From Deltaproteobacteria bacterium (lineage in GTDB: Bacteria; Bdellovibrionota_C; UBA2361; JANWWW01), in NCBI GenBank assembly GCA_025055295.1, contig JANWWW010000034.1, positions 1 to 16,844 on the forward strand: 16,844 bases of DNA. The letters are read 5' to 3'. Shown here piece after piece: positions 15,100-16,844 of the stretch; within the stretch, counting starts at the first letter, position 1; each line of letters opens with the position of its first letter. The notes beneath the pieces were generated by a model that made no database searches, was not told the origin of the DNA, and saw only the letters and a list, made by a program, of their open reading frames with translations. The position numbers were made by a program, and so were the translations under genes.

Positions 15100-16176
15100 A
15101 TGAAATGGGATCTGGTTGTTTTTTTAACCTTCTCCGTGTTACTTGTCTCTTGTTCAACTTTTCAAAAAGCGTATGAGGAATTTCAATCAAAATCTGACAC
15201 CACTAAAGGCGCTATTGTCGGTGGCACGGTAGGGTCAGTGGTTGGAACGGCTTTAGGCAGTCAAGTAGGAAATCCTGTTGAGGGATTTGCCATAGGAGCA
15301 GCTGCGGGAGCTGGTGTAGGCGCGATGATAGGCTCTGCAATTGAAAAAGAGAAGGAAACCGCGGAGCGCAAAATTATGGAAAAACAAATTGCTTCGTTAG
15401 AAACAACCCGAATGGACTATTTGACTTCGGACGAATTGCCCGATTATTCAAGATACTCCATGAGAGAAAAGGTTGCTCCCAGTGACAGGTTCTATAGTCG
15501 TCTGCGAGGTGTTTCTCAAACTACATCTCCGAGCATGAAAGGAGCCGATCATCGAAATAGCAGTAGTTTGGAACCGAAAACATCCCCTGAAACAGAAAGT
15601 GTGGGAATACAGAGCAGCAAGGGTCGTGACATCACAAATTTAAACCAAAACTTAAAGAGTAGCTACAGAGACAAGGATGTCCCAACTGAACCACGCAGCT
15701 CTGTTTCGTTGCTTGAACACAACCCCCACTTGAAACATGAACGGGAAACTCCGTCAAAAAAGGATGGGCTGGGGCAATCGGATCCAAACTCAGCTATTAA
15801 TCCTAGCAAAGAAGTCACACATCAAACACAAGAATCCCGACTGGAGAATATTGAGAAGATGGAAACTTCTGTCAAAGACCAATCGGCTGCGACTGAAAAG
15901 AGTTTATGGGTTGAAAACAGTCATCAGTGTCCTGAAGGCGTCGAAGAATTAAAAAAAGCAGAGCAATCTAATGAGCTCTCTACCAAACTTTTTCACACGA
16001 GACGAGCAGTGAGAGTTTGTGATGGTTTTGTACCGGCACGACTAGCTTTGGCGAAACTCTATCTTGACCTCAAACGTAACGAAGATGCTCAATTCGAGCT
16101 CGAAAATATACTCAGTTTAGATCCCTCTAATAAGGAAGCGAAAAATTTGTTAGAAAAGTTAAAATCTCAAAACTGA
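15100..16176 (+). CDS. Lipoprotein with glycine-zipper domain, long disordered Ser/Thr/Pro/Lys/Glu-rich linker and C-terminal TPR-like helices
   Basis: 358 aa. It has a signal peptide with lipobox (FSVLLVSC|S). A glycine-zipper block (GAIVGGTVGSVVGTALGSQVGNPVEGFAIGAAAGAGVGAMIGSAI) resembles the 17-kDa-antigen/Gly-zipper_Omp type. About 200 aa of low-complexity polar sequence follows, then C-terminal ARLALAKLYLDLKRNEDAQFELENILSLDPSNKEAKNLLEKL (TPR-like). Confidence 0.6.
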   Translation: MKWDLVVFLTFSVLLVSCSTFQKAYEEFQSKSDTTKGAIVGGTVGSVVGTALGSQVGNPVEGFAIGAAAGAGVGAMIGSAIEKEKETAERKIMEKQIASLETTRMDYLTSDELPDYSRYSMREKVAPSDRFYSRLRGVSQTTSPSMKGADHRNSSSLEPKTSPETESVGIQSSKGRDITNLNQNLKSSYRDKDVPTEPRSSVSLLEHNPHLKHERETPSKKDGLGQSDPNSAINPSKEVTHQTQESRLENIEKMETSVKDQSAATEKSLWVENSHQCPEGVEELKKAEQSNELSTKLFHTRRAVRVCDGFVPARLALAKLYLDLKRNEDAQFELENILSLDPSNKEAKNLLEKLKSQN

Positions 16177-16346
16177 AATCTAAAATATTTTTGTACTCGA
16201 TAAACAACCAGTAGGTGGTGTCACGGCGCTCAAAGCACATAACCGGGTTACTCTAAATCGCAGGTTGGTGGTTATTTAAGACTTTAAATTTTCCTCCTTT
16301 AAAACTTAAACTTTTAGCCTAAACATGCTAAAATTCTTATAAGATT

Positions 16347-16679
16347 ATGCTAAAAATCAGATTACAGAGGCATGGGAGAAATAAGCGACCATTCTACCGA
16401 ATCGTAGTCTGCGATGAAAGAATGCGACGTGACGGAAGATTTCTGGAAATTCTTGGGTATTATAATCCTATAACAAACCCATTCACGGTCAATGTTGATT
16501 GTGAAGCAGTTAAAAAGTGGGTTCATCACGGTGCGAAGCCGACCGTCACTGTCAGGAGACTGATAGAGAAACAAGTTCCAAATTTTTTCTTCCAGTTTGA
16601 GGAGCACAAAAGAAACAAAATCAGACTTGCAAGGAAAAAACGGAAAGAACGATTAAGATCTGCGGTACAAGGAACTTGA
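16347..16679 (+). CDS. rpsP: 30S ribosomal protein S16 with basic C-terminal extension
   Basis: The product begins [41 protein letters not shown] (E. coli: [41 protein letters not shown]). The extra C-terminal ~30 aa are Lys/Arg-rich ([18 protein letters not shown]). Confidence 0.9.
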   Translation: MLKIRLQRHGRNKRPFYRIVVCDERMRRDGRFLEILGYYNPITNPFTVNVDCEAVKKWVHHGAKPTVTVRRLIEKQVPNFFFQFEEHKRNKIRLARKKRKERLRSAVQGT

Positions 16680-16844
16680 ACCTTTGTTACATAACCATAT
16701 TTCCGGAGCTCATTATTAATTTCTTTAAATACGGAGTAATAAAGCGCGCCGTAGATGGTGGCTTAATAAATTTTACTGCCTTAAATTTACGAGATTTCGC
16801 TCAAGACCAGCATAAAACCGTAGACGACTACCCATATGGAGATA
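16676..16844 (+). CDS. trmD: tRNA (guanine37-N1)-methyltransferase, N-terminal part (partial, continues past window end)
   Basis: The reading frame from TTG 16676, overlapping the rpsP TGA (TTGA), translates to (M)[55 protein letters not shown]. This matches E. coli TrmD [53 protein letters not shown]. Not in the ORF track because it has no stop in the window. Confidence 0.8.
   Translation, partial: MNLCYITIFPELIINFFKYGVIKRAVDGGLINFTALNLRDFAQDQHKTVDDYPYGD

Noticed and set aside
12851-15952. ORFs 12851-13066 (-), 14657-14890 (+), 15737-15952 (+)
   Set aside because: Alternative-frame or antisense ORFs within the GT-C, GT2-B and lipoprotein genes. The 15737-15952 translation (Lys/Arg-rich) is a frame-shifted shadow of the lipoprotein linker.
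16362-16607. 81-aa minus-strand ORF
   Set aside because: Antisense to rpsP, which has unambiguous S16 homology.
1-16844. CRISPR arrays, IS elements, integrases, prophage or toxin-antitoxin modules
   Set aside because: No direct repeats with regular spacing, no transposase or integrase-like ORFs, and no terminal inverted repeats were seen by eye. The tRNA gene has no adjacent integrase remnant that I could recognise.

Overview
The window is AT-rich bacterial chromosome, roughly 37-38% GC by eye. Weak Shine-Dalgarno usage, a sigma70-type promoter, a long ~116-aa-class S16 protein and rpsP followed directly by trmD without rimM fit an environmental Chlamydiae-like or similar streamlined lineage; that assignment is inference only. 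Three blocks are visible.

(1) Left edge: a partial minus-strand actin-like ATPase gene whose N-terminal region carries an in-frame TAA followed by a perfect AAGGAGGT. This is followed by about 700 bp of unusually empty DNA, then a minus-strand tRNA-Leu(GAG) with a textbook -35/-10 promoter.

(2) A very compact seven-gene plus-strand operon covering 1427-7615: SPFH/band-7, queA, tgt, yajC, secD, secF and an unknown membrane-anchored ORF. Every junction overlaps (TTGA, ATGA, TAATG, GTGA).

(3) A candidate glycoconjugate synthesis and decoration locus covering 7668-15012. It holds two inverted paralogous GT2 glycosyltransferases, each carrying an N-terminal remnant of a SAM-methyltransferase fold, bracketing an inner cassette. 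The cassette contains a GH130/GH43-like beta-propeller protein, a NeuD/PglD-family hexapeptide acyltransferase, a FemAB-like aminoacyl-transferase-type GNAT, a two-TM GIDE-like membrane protein, and a GT-C (ArnT/PMT-like) membrane glycosyltransferase. It is followed by a glycine-zipper/TPR lipoprotein with a long Ser/Thr/Pro-rich linker.

The right edge holds rpsP (S16 with a basic C-terminal extension) coupled to a partial trmD. I saw no CRISPR array, rRNA, IS element or integrase. The glycan locus is the best candidate for an undescribed system, but every functional assignment there comes from reading motifs by eye and needs HMM or structure-based confirmation.
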